The position numbers and the translations under genes are program-made. From positions 183,086,001-183,150,000 of the forward strand of contig OZ024740.1 of NCBI GenBank assembly GCA_964016885.1: a stretch of 64,000 nucleotides of DNA, written 5' to 3'. How positions within the stretch are numbered: position 1 is the first letter of the stretch; each line of letters begins with the position of its first letter. Positions 52,936 to 64,000 of the stretch are shown here, in pieces. This DNA comes from Eledone cirrhosa (lineage: Eukaryota). The notes below the pieces were generated by a model that saw only the letters and a list, made by a program, of their open reading frames with translations, ran no database searches and had not been told where the DNA came from.

Positions 52936-53524
52936 GTATTGTTTATTATACATTATATATACATATATATAAATATATATGTATGTGTGATGTATATGTT
53001 TGTATATATGTATGTGTGCATGTACCATTATGTATGTTTGTTGTGTGTGTGCCTGCCAATGTGTGCGTGCGTGTATGTGTGTGTACGTGTGTAAGTGTGT
53101 ACGTGTGTGAATGCGTTTGTCGACACCTGGAATATATATTAAGAGAAACTTCACAATAAGGGGTCTCACCCCAACACTTGAATCTGTTGATGGAACCCTT
53201 TCTGCCTTTGTCACCCTTACTTCAGCCTTAAAGAATTAGCTTCTAAATGATTTCCCTTTTGTTTAAACCATTGAACCCCACCCATGCGGTAGACACCTGC
53301 CTTACAGGCATTGTTATTCTAAGTGATAAACAAGGATTGGTATTCCAATTTTAAATTTGTTTACAGTATTCTTTCTGCCTTTGTTAATATTATAGCTTTT
53401 AAGAATTATCTTTTAATGAACTCCCTTTTCATTAAATCCTTCAACCAATGATCTACACCCATCCCAATCCCCATCCTCTCCTACGACCAGATAAGGAGAG
53501 ATATAAATACTACAATTTACTTGG

Positions 53525-53584
53525 AGAGCCAGCTTCCTGATGATATCTCACAAATGAAACAGTTCTAGTCATGTAGAAGCTCTT
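53525..53584 (+). ncRNA. Degenerate hammerhead motif in a further pLTR remnant (about 53140-53665)
   Basis: gcttc-CTGATGA-tatctcacaaat-GAAA-cagttctagtcatg-TA-gaagc. Stem II is weak and stem III is near-palindromic. Confidence 0.5.
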
Positions 53585-53628
53585 CTATATTAAAACTTTT
53601 ATACTCTTCTATGTATTGAGTACCTTAC

Positions 53629-54009
53629 TTACTGTAGTTACCTCTGATTCAACCCGGAATAACTTATATATAATATATATATATAATATATATATAATAT
53701 ATATATATATAATTGTTTCTACTTTAGGCACAAAGCCTGCAATTACCCAGTGCATTACTGGTACTTTATTTTATCGACCCCGTAAGGATGAAAGGCAAAG
53801 TCAACCTCGGCGGGATATGAGGTTGACTTTGCGTTTCATCCCTACGGGGTTGATAAAATAAAGTAGCAGTAATGCACTGGGTAATTGTTGGCCTTCTGCC
53901 TAAAGTAGAAGCAATGATATATATATATGTTATATATATATTATATATATTATATATATATATATTATATATAAGTTATTCCGGGTTGAATCAGAGGTAA
54001 CTACAGTAA
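53629..54009. repeat. Fold-back palindrome made of a pLTR end, a TA tract and two head-to-head 5'-truncated SINE halves
   Basis: tactgtagttacctctgattcaacccggaataact is inverted at 53970-54009. The SINE halves at 53712-53915 are centred near 53813. Confidence 0.9.
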
Positions 54010-54052
54010 ATATTATACATAATATATATAATATATATATATATATATATAG

Positions 54053-57000
54053 AGAGATTACAATAATCAAAGTTCAGTTTAAGTCATTTATTTGCTTACA
54101 ATTGTTTCCTCCAAACCGAGGTTTGGATTCTTCGGAGCAACTATTTACTGATCTATAACATACTTGACCTCCTTTTCAACCCAAGAGACACATAAAACAT
54201 ATGCGCATATTGATCAACAGTGGGGTGACATTCATCAAATGGTATAGCATGGCAATTTACATATAAAGGTTACAGGATAAAAATAAAATAAAAACAAGAA
54301 TGAAAATAAAGATAAACATGAAGCGTTGGCAGTCTATGAAGATAAAGCAAGAGGAAAGTTTAGAGTAGTCAGTGTATGAAACAGTCTCACGTGTAGCATG
54401 CATGCGTGTCTTATTTATACATGATTAGAGTGCGTCAGAATGATATTTGCAGGGTCAGGCAGTTGAAGCAGGCAATCCTACTAAATAAGGCACTTATAAT
54501 GGCCATGGACAATAGTGACTTGACTAGACCCCAGATTGATGTCATACTTGCGGCCCGTAAAACATTAATCACCTTCGAAGACCAATTATGGACCCGCAAG
54601 GATACGCAAAACAACTTCGACATTACTATGGGGTCTAGTGACTCGGCGCAGGTCACTGATTTAGTTGGCCTATACTTACTTAACCTAATCCACAGGGAAC
54701 TTCCGTACCTCAGCTGTGGTTTGTATCGTGACGACGCACTTCTACTTATAGACTATAAAAAATTCAATATAGAAAGGGCTAGAAAACTATTACACAAAAC
54801 ATTCAAAAACTTTAACCTTAGTATTACCATGGACAAAAACACCAAAAACGTCAACTTCCTAGACGCCACACTCTACTTAGACTCAATGATATATGCACCT
54901 TTCCACAAACCTAATGAAAAACTCATCTACGTAGATACCAAGTCTAACCACCCTAAATCTATATTGAACTCTATCTCTAAGGGAGTATCTAATAGAATCT
55001 CTAATCTATCCTATGACATAAACACATTTAACAATAACTCGCAGTATTATAATCAGGCATAAGCTAGATCAGGCCATATACAGGGATAGAGTTCCTACCT
55101 ACAAAAACACATAGCTACAACATCATTTCACACAACATGTCCATGGGAAAATTTAATAATAGGAATAGCAACTGCAAACACACTAATAGGGATTGTAACA
55201 ACAAAAGTAACCCGCACCACAGAAATGACCATAGGGACATTAAAGGAAACAAATCACCAGACATAAAAAACAGAAATAGAAGAAGAAATAATACATTTTT
55301 CAACCCTCCTTTCAATTTAAACGTCTCTACCAACCTTCCTAGGGCTTTCTTCTCACTACTAGATAAACACTTCCCATCCGGCCACAGGTACCACGGCCTT
55401 TTAAACAAAAACACTATTAAGATCTCATACTCTACTACGCCTAACTTAGCATACCACATAGCTAGTACAAATAAAAGAAAAATTAATTCTTACTTCCAAC
55501 AAACTAAATCACAACGGTCGATAAACCTTCAAAATAACACTCAAAATAACAGTCAAAGTAACATTATAACAAATAACCGTAATATCAATGGAATTAATAG
55601 TAATAACACTAGTGTAAACATTAACGCTGCGTACCACAACCCACATAACCATAACCCTATAGCTAACATCCAAACTTCTACACAGCATAGTAACCGGCAG
55701 ACTAGCACCCAGAGTAATTGTAACTGTAGATCAAGTAGAACCCGCCCTTTAGATAAAAAATGCTTAACCAAGGATATCATATACTCATGCACAGTCACAA
55801 CTAACAGCTCTTCTGAAACCTATATAGGCTCCACTTCTAACTGCTTCAAAACTAGATACAATTCGCACCTCCACTCTTTCAAAAAACACAGTCTAGCCAA
55901 CTCCACTTCACTATCTAGCTACATACAACATCTAAAAACTAAAAATAAAATATATACACTTAAATGGGAAGTGGTAGGTAGTGCAACATCGTACAAACCA
56001 CCTAATAAATGTTGTAATCTCTGTCTACTAGAGACCCATACTATCATCTTCTCTAAACATAATCTCCTTAATAAAAAATCAGAAGTGTTCGCAACTTGCC
56101 AACACCGCTTCCGACACTCGTTCCAAAAGTTAAAACCCTATATATAATAATGTCAGACTGGAACCGGCACCACCCCTAGCAATTAACATCAGTAACACAC
56201 CTTACACCTCACATCCACACCCACCTCTATACTCTAAAGATAATACTGACAGCATTTTACTACCACCTACCCTGGGAATACCCCCTTGTACCTCTAATTC
56301 TGATATCTCGACCGTGGACTACTTATTCTGCATTGCACAAATATAAGATTAGTATAAACTGGGGACACGGTACTGGTTGCGATAACATAATCCTGTGCAT
56401 GGATTCCCACCAAGAGATATATTGTTGATTAGACAGATAATCGTATTGTTATGTGAATATATACTGTAAACGATCAGTTCAATGAATTATGCACGGGAGA
56501 TGCATGAGTTAGGAGCATCTGTGTTGCCTGCAGACCTGACCGGCACCTTTTGACGAAAGAACCGGCCACTAGACCACGCAGGTGAACTTACCGGCGATGC
56601 AGTCATACTACGACCTGAATCTCGCCGGGAGTCATGTATGATAATAAGACCATTACTGATAGTGAGATCCATGTAGTTAATTATGTAGTCTGACTCTTCT
56701 TATGGATTGGCCGGGTGTGGCACCCCATGTTGGATTGTAGTCATCATGATACGAACTCCTTTAGTGCTTGTTACTGGACTCCACTCTAACTTGTGGATGG
56801 GATACCTGATCTACGCGGGTTTATGTGTTGCTTGGTGGCCAGGCAGGCGCCCTGGTATGAGAGATTTAATCTCCAGATTGTAATTATCTTGATGTGAACT
56901 CCTTTAGTACCTATTAATAGACTCCACTCTGGCTTGTAGATGTGATACTTAATTGATTTATATATGAGACGGGGGTTGTCTATTGCTTGATGACCAGACT

Positions 57001-58313
57001 AGTGCCTTTATATGAGAAATTGGATCTCCGGACCATACCGAAGATTTACTGGAGATTCAGACATGCAATAACCCGGAGCCTACCGGGTGGCATATATAAT
57101 AGCGGGACCATACCAGGTCCTACTGTTGTATTACATTTGCATGGAACAGTGACTTGAGAGTCTGACTCCTCTTATAGAACGTTCAGATATGACACCCCTT
57201 AATGGATGGTAATCATCCTAATATATACACCCTTGTACTTCTTAATGGACAACTCTCTAACCTATAATTGGGTAACATACTCTAGAAATTAGTTATAACT
57301 TCATATGATAGGCACGTATTTGAATCACCATTAATGTAGTTTAGGATAGTAATTTAACTAAGATAACTAGCTAGTTACCTCCCCTTACGCATTAATTCCC
57401 CTTAGTCATTCAGACACTTCCGGAATCTGGACAGCATGACCTATTAATTAAGAACCGACTGGATACGGTTTATAGCTTGATTATATGCTGAACCACCGCG
57501 AATTATACGATAGACAAGTGTTCTCTATATATATTGCGTCTCATGGATTATGTGAGTGGTGGTGTGAGCGAAGACAGCGGTACGGCTTTGCCTACGATAC
57601 AATGAGGTTTATAGTATGTGGAAAGTTTTTGATATTTTGGTGTTTCCCTGCATCCGAGACTATATATCATACAGATGTATGAGAATAAATGACTTAATAA
57701 TCCAGCCCACATAATAAGATCGATTGCCTGCTTCAACTGCCTGACCCTGCAAATATCATTCTGACGCACTCTAATCATGTATAAATAAGACACGCATGCA
57801 TGCTACACGTGAGACTGTTTCATACACTGACTACTCTAAACTTTCCTCTTGCTTTATCTTCATAGACTGCCAACGCTTCATGTTTATCTTTATTTTCATT
57901 CTTGTTTTTTATTTTATTTTTATCCTGTAACCTTTATATGTAAATTGCCATGCTATACCATTTGATGAATGTCACCCCACTGTTGATCAATATGCGCATA
58001 TGTTTTATGTGTCTCTTGGGTTGAAAAGGAGGTCAAGTATGTTATAGATCAGTAAATAGTTGCTCCGAAGAATCCAAACCTCGGTTTGGAGGAAACAATT
58101 GTAAGCAAATAAATGACTTAAACTGAAGTTTGATTATTGTAATCTCTATATAACTGCTCTGTAAAACAACTGATGTTATTACATTGAGCTATTTATCTTA
58201 CTGGTAATAGGATAGTAATTAATGACTATCTTTCACTATTTAGGGTTTGTGTATATATAATATATTACCATTAAAGGTTTTATTGCATACATAACCATAA
58301 ATAGTACCCTTAA

Positions 58314-58320
<7 letters not shown>
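54053..58320 (+). mobile_element. Penelope-like element family F: 5' inverted pLTR, 5'-truncated RT + GIY-YIG, 2.1-kb 3' UTR/pLTR
   Basis: RT: NFDITMGSSDSAQVTDLVGLYLL, CGLYRDDAL, VNFLDATL, SNHP, FFNPPF. EN: CNCR..CL..IIY..YIGST..FKTRYNSH..CNLCLLE..CQH. 54053-54476 is the reverse complement of 57722-58148. Stop or frameshift near 55060. Confidence 0.92.
58060..58108 (+). ncRNA. Hammerhead variant (CCGAAGA core), family F; inverted copy at 54092-54140
   Basis: ttgct-CCGAAGA-a-tccaaacc-tc-ggtttgga-g-GAAA-caattg-TA-agcaa. Confidence 0.65.
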
Positions 58321-58403
<83 letters not shown>

Positions 58404-58417
58404 TATATATAATATAT

Positions 58418-58489
<72 letters not shown>

Positions 58490-58493
<4 letters not shown>

Positions 58494-60273
58494 GTATAGG
58501 ATTATCCTAGATGTAGTAATGGTTAAATACTATACTGGATATGGTTGACGTACGGTGAGAGGTTACTCTACGAGTTATGGAAGAATTGTTGAAGAAACTT
58601 AGTTCCTGATCCTTCTGTATTCCGGAGTGTATATAAAGAATGAATAATAATAACAGGTAAAAAAGGTAATTCATTCCGTGTGCTTACAAATGTTTCCACG
58701 GTGGTACTACAGCCTAGTTATGCTATCTGCAAATTTACAACTATTTGCAGAACTCAAATATCCAATGCTGTGACCACTGTATCCTCAGAGCAGAATGGTT
58801 AAAATGTACAATGTAAATACCCTTAAGTGGGGTTGTTGGAGAAGATAGAGTAGAAAAAGAAGAGAGAAAAGTAGGGGAGAGGGAGAGAGAGAGAAAGATA
58901 TGCAGGGGTTGGAGAAATAGGAGAGAGTGGTTTGTAGATATCTTAATCAAAATGTTATGGTAGGGGTTTTATTATACTGGTTACTTTTGGAGAGATGCGT
59001 TGATAGTTAAGGTCGGAATTATTTATTGCCCCAGAGGGCAGGTTCATAGATTTGGAGAGGGAGGGAGGTAGGCCAAAGGCGAGAGAGAGAGAGTGTAATG
59101 GATGTAGAGAGAGAGAGAGAGATAGAGAGGGGACAGACGAAGTCTATGTGGTGAGTGAACTTTGGGTTCGTAGTAGTAATCTGCGAATTGCACTGAGTTA
59201 CCATTTATAGTGATAAGCAGTGTATTGTCTTGTAGTGTGGGGGAAGAGAAGGTGGTTAGCTAGAAAGCGATGTTATAGTTACGGGTTCGAATGTTAAGTT
59301 ATTTTATAGTGAGAGAATTTAGCTTTTATTTTGTGGTTGCCGTATAATGATCGTTCAATTCTATCGTTAAGTAGTTTGTTTTTGGATTTTAATATGTAAA
59401 AGAGTTCATCTACCTGAAAGATGTCCATTGAAAAATGAATGCCTAAAGTCCAACATTGTTTACCAATGCACGGTTGAATCGAACGACCAGAAATGGTATT
59501 ATATCGGATCTACCACCACCTCGTTTAAATCTCGCTGGTACCGTCATCGATTCTCAATCAAACATCCTAATCACCGTTTTGTGACCACGCTCGCTAACAA
59601 GACATGGCAACTCCGTGAACGCAACCAACAGTTCACCTTAAAATGGGATATACTTTCCAGCGCAAGTGCATATCACACTACAAGACAATACACTGCTTAT
59701 CACTATAAATGGTAACTCAGTGTAATTCGCAGATTACTACTACGAACCCAAAGTTCACTCACCACATAGACTTCGTCTGTCCCCTCTCTATCTCTCTCTC
59801 TCTACATCCATTACACTCTCTCTCTCGCCTTTGGCCTACCACCCTCCCTCTCCACATCTATGAACCTGCACTCTGGGGCAATAAATAACTCCGACCTTAA
59901 CTATCAACGCATCTCTCCAAAAGTAACCAGTATAATAAAACCCCTACCATAACATTTTGATTAAGATATCCACAAACCACTCTCTCCTATTTCTCCAACC
60001 CCTGCATATCTTTCTCTCTCTCTCCCTCTCCCCTACTTTTCTCTCTTCCTTTTCTACTCTATCTTCTCCAACAACCCCACTTAAGGGTATTTACATTGTA
60101 CATTTTAACCATTCTGCTCTGAGGATACAGTGGTCACAGCATTGGATATTTGAGTTCTGCAAATAGTTGTAAATTTGCAGATAGCATAACTAGGCTGTAG
60201 TACCACCGTGGAAACATTTGTAAGCACACGGAATAAATTACCTTTTTATGATGTCTACCTGTTATTATTCATT

Positions 60274-60280
<7 letters not shown>
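58490..60280. mobile_element. Penelope-like element family H: two inverted arms carrying GIY-YIG pieces and pLTRs
   Basis: The plus arm has RCPLKNECLKSNIVYQC..YIGSTTTSFKSRWYRH. The minus arm has ILKSKNKLLNDRIERSLYGNH. 58630-59240 is the reverse complement of 59672-60280. Confidence 0.85.
60111..60234 (+). ncRNA. Hammerhead ribozyme with extended, branched stem II; inverted copy at 58673-58796
   Basis: tgct-CTGAGGA-tacagtggtcacagc...gctgtagtaccaccgtg-GAAA-catttg-TA-agca, with inner hairpin tctgcaaat/atttgcaga. Confidence 0.7.
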
Positions 60281-60371
<91 letters not shown>

Positions 60372-60648
60372 CGTCATGTTTCCAATATGAACACACGCAC
60401 CAGTTGCTTTCACTCCAAATTATTATAAATTAAGTTTATAAATTTAAGAAATTATAAATTTCCGGTTGGTTGCTTGGTTCCACAACCGGAATATGTTAGG
60501 AAAAAACTTTGAAAATACATGCACAACCGTCCAGTTGTGAAACCAGCCAACCAACCAAACGGAAATTTATAAATTTAATTTATAGTAAATTGGAGTGAAA
60601 CAACTGGTGCATGTGTTTCTTATTGGCAACATGACCCTCGGAAAGCAT

Positions 60649-60728
<80 letters not shown>

Positions 60729-60983
60729 TATATTTATTAAAATAACAGATTAAGGTTTAAGCAAAGAATCGGTGCTTTCACCCTTAACGGGATCTTCTGA
60801 AACTAAACAAGTCAATCTGTGAACGCAGAAGTAAATATTTCAAAAAGCGTTGCAACCGGAGGAAGACAGGAAGATGCTACTTTGGTTCGTGGAAACGTAC
60901 CCTGGCAAAGAACGGGAAAAATGTTGATATATATTTAGCCTTATCGAGCCCTCTTTGGACTTTATTCTTCAAATTTATTATTA

Positions 60984-61074
<91 letters not shown>

Positions 61075-61101
61075 TATATAATATGTATATATACAATATA
61101 T

Positions 61102-61170
<69 letters not shown>

Positions 61171-61174
61171 AAAG

Positions 61175-61453
61175 GAGATGAAATCGAAAATGCAACTGGA
61201 GTCTTATTTTTTTTTTAAATATATATATTTATTTGCTTCCTTTACCGGTTTCGCAGTTCTTCTGCTTTTCAAAAGGTGAGTTGAGATGGAGGGTCTGTGG
61301 TTTTTCTCACATCTGATGTGAGAAAAACCACAGACCCTCCATCTCAACTCACCTTTTGAAAAGCAGAAGAACTGCGAAACCGGTAAAGGAAGCAAATAAA
61401 TATATATATTTAAAAAAAAAATAAGACTCCAGTTGCATTTTCGATTTCATCTC
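61175..61453. repeat. Perfect palindrome with 139-bp arms (centre 61314) containing one hammerhead per arm
   Basis: The arms are exact reverse complements around a single T. Confidence 0.95.
61352..61389 (+). ncRNA. Minimal hammerhead ribozyme with U3-A8 core; mirror copy at 61239-61276 minus
   Basis: cctt-TTGAAAA-gcag-aagaa-ctgc-GAAA-ccgg-TA-aagg. Confidence 0.7.
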
Positions 61454-61542
61454 TTTTTCTTTATACTTTCACTCGTGTAGGACACCTCGGTTATTTTTCA
61501 TTTTGTAAGAAAAAAAAAAAAAAAAAAAAAACCTTACTTTCT

Positions 61543-61610
<68 letters not shown>

Positions 61611-61633
61611 AGAAAGTAAGGTTTTTTTTTTTT

Positions 61634-61812
<179 letters not shown>

Positions 61813-62321
61813 ATATATTTAGAAACACACAGATACATGCGGACACACACATATACATGAATGCATCCGCAGCCAACCGTGAGTTAAGGGTGCCAACTTC
61901 ACCGATGCTGCTCAATGAATGACTGGGACAGACCAATCCGGTTGAACTAGACTGAACCAGTATCAGAGTTAAAAATACATTATGAAGAGGATTGGGTGCG
62001 GATGCATTCATGTATATGTGTGTGTCCGCATGTATCTGTGTGTTTCTAAATATATTGTTAATAACTCCCCCTGGTCGAGCAATCTTTGAAGTGTGGGGAC
62101 TGCTGGAAAGCTTCCATTACTCATACTTCTCGCCTCCTTCACCACCTCTTCTACGGCTTCGATATAAATACCCCCTCCGCCTCCGTGGTATTTTCTTCGG
62201 GGTTATAAGAGGCTTAGCTCTGTTTCTCGACCGTTATATCGCGTGACTATCTCCCCCTCCGCCTTTTGGGATTCTTTCTCACGTCGTGTAGACGCGTTCT
62301 TGAGACTAGTAAAATGAGGTA

Positions 62322-62411
62322 TCCTCTTGATAAGTCGGTAGACCTCGCAAGGACTCTATATCTTTATGATGTATTGTTTTTGTTTATGCCACGAAACTAC
62401 GTAGTCGAGGA
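62322..62411 (+). ncRNA. Hammerhead ribozyme with U3-A8 core, unit 1
   Basis: tcctc-TTGATAA-gtcggtagac...gtttatgccac-GAAA-ctacgtag-TC|gagga. Confidence 0.7.
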
Positions 62412-62914
62412 ATCTAGGAGCAGTTTAGGTATGATACATTTTATTACTAATTATATCTAAATGTTTCTTCTCTCTTCATAATGTATTTTTAACTCTGATA
62501 CTGGTTCAGTCTAGTTCAACCGGATTGGTCTGTCCCAGTCATTCATTGAGCAACATCGGTGAAGTTGGCACCCTTAACTCACGGTTGGGTGCGGATGCAT
62601 TCATGTATATGTGTGTGTCTGCATGTATCTGTGTGTTTCTAAATATATTGTTAATAACTCCCTCTGGTCGAGCAATCTTTGAAGTGTGGGGACTGCTGGA
62701 AAGCTTCCATTACTCATACTTCTCGCCTCCTTCACCACCTCTTCTACGGCTTCGATATAAATACCCCCTCCGCCTCCGTGGTATTTTCTTCGGGGTTATA
62801 AGAGGCTTAGCTCTGTTTCTCGACCGTTATATCGCGTGACTATCTCCCCCTCCGCCTTTTGGGATTCTTTCTCACGTCGTGTAGACGCGTTCTTGAGACT
62901 AGTAAAATGAGGTA

Positions 62915-63004
62915 TCCTCTTGATAAGTCGGCAGACCTCGCAAGGACTCTATATCTTTATGATGTATTGTTTTTGTTTATGCCACGAAACTACGTAGTCG
63001 AGGA
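62915..63004 (+). ncRNA. Hammerhead ribozyme with U3-A8 core, unit 2
   Basis: Same motif shifted by 593 bp. The stem II 5' strand gtcggcagac pairs with tgccac. Confidence 0.72.
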
Positions 63005-63076
63005 ATCTAAGAGCAGTTTAGGTATGATACATTTTATTACTAATTATATCTAAATGTTTCTTCTCTCTTCATAATG

Positions 63077-63107
<31 letters not shown>

Positions 63108-63108
63108 T

Positions 63109-63209
<101 letters not shown>

Positions 63210-63224
63210 ATATATTATATATAT

Positions 63225-63272
<48 letters not shown>

Positions 63273-63444
63273 AATATATATATATATATAATATATATAT
63301 ATAATATATATATATAATATATATATATATATAATATATATATATAATATATATATATATATAATGTATATAATATATATAATATATATATATATAATAT
63401 ATAATATATATTATATATATATATATATATATAATATATTACAT

Positions 63445-63534
<90 letters not shown>

Positions 63535-63559
63535 TATAATATACATATATAATATATAT

Positions 63560-63607
<48 letters not shown>

Positions 63608-63813
63608 TATATATATATAAATATATATACACAGAGGTATCCTCTGTAAGTTGTGGTGTCTATTCTGTATGAGGGACTCGATGTAATCCATATGTTGAAA
63701 ATGTTGTAGGTTAAGATAAATCTCAGAAAACAATAAAACATTAAAACGAAAACAGAGTCATGATATAAGTTAAAGTAATGAAATAAAAAATCAAGTCATT
63801 AGAGATATTCTTC

Positions 63814-63949
63814 ACTGCTTTACGATCGTTTCTAGATGGTGATAATACATTGTACCTATACTCAGTTATTGATCTATGTAAGTTTACAAACTATCAGATA
63901 GAGAGAATATTTACTTACAGGCTTATCACCAGCTGTTTTCAAAAGCAAT
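63814..63949 (-). ncRNA. Hammerhead ribozyme with U3-A8 core and ~100-nt stem II, in a PLE pLTR running off the window end
   Basis: attgctt-TTGAAAA-cagctggtgataag...attatcaccatcta-GAAA-cgatcg-TA-aagcagt. Confidence 0.65.
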
Positions 63950-64000
63950 CAGAAAAATATATGCATATAATATATTATATTATACTATAAATAAGAGATC

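Noticed and set aside
54477-56147. Selenocysteine readthrough in PLE ORFs
   Set aside because: The interruptions I could check are TAA stops or frameshifts, not in-frame TGA at Cys positions.
60755-60810. Minus-strand CAGAAGA-tccc/gggt-GAAA hammerhead-like string
   Set aside because: Stems I and III do not pair convincingly.
62140-62212. Minus-strand CCGAAGA followed by a hairpin inside the 593-bp unit (possible antisense ribozyme)
   Set aside because: No GAAA directly after stem II and no convincing stem III.

Overview
Eukaryotic, very AT-rich, repeat-dominated DNA. The SINE/RTE/CR1 repertoire and the long (TA)n tracts look like a cephalopod (octopus-like) genome, which is an inference. 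No host protein-coding gene can be supported. Bases 1-21,500 hold decayed LINEs (RTE, CR1-group, a HERO-like fragment) and tRNA-derived SINEs. From about 21,800 to 64,000 there is a dense array of more than a dozen Penelope-like element (PLE) insertions or remnants from roughly ten distinct families, nearly all bounded by (TA)n tracts. Most carry a C-terminal GIY-YIG endonuclease with a CxC linker and a GLYRDD-type RT (Hydra-clade-like); one endonuclease fragment is Neptune-like. They show the inverted and tandem pseudo-LTR layouts typical of PLEs. By eye I find about 20 type-I hammerhead ribozyme motifs in these pLTRs. Some are canonical, and others are recurrent core variants (U3-A8 covariant UUGANAA, CCGAAGA, GCAA). 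Most have palindromic stem III, and several have very long stem II. The most notable locus is a non-coding 593-bp tandem unit with one U3-A8 hammerhead per unit, which is retrozyme-like and predicted to release a 593-nt monomer or circRNA. Also present are a Tx1-like LINE enclosed by and fused to inverted PLE arms, a Helitron 3' end, MITEs and many fold-back palindromes. Coordinates of degraded elements are approximate.
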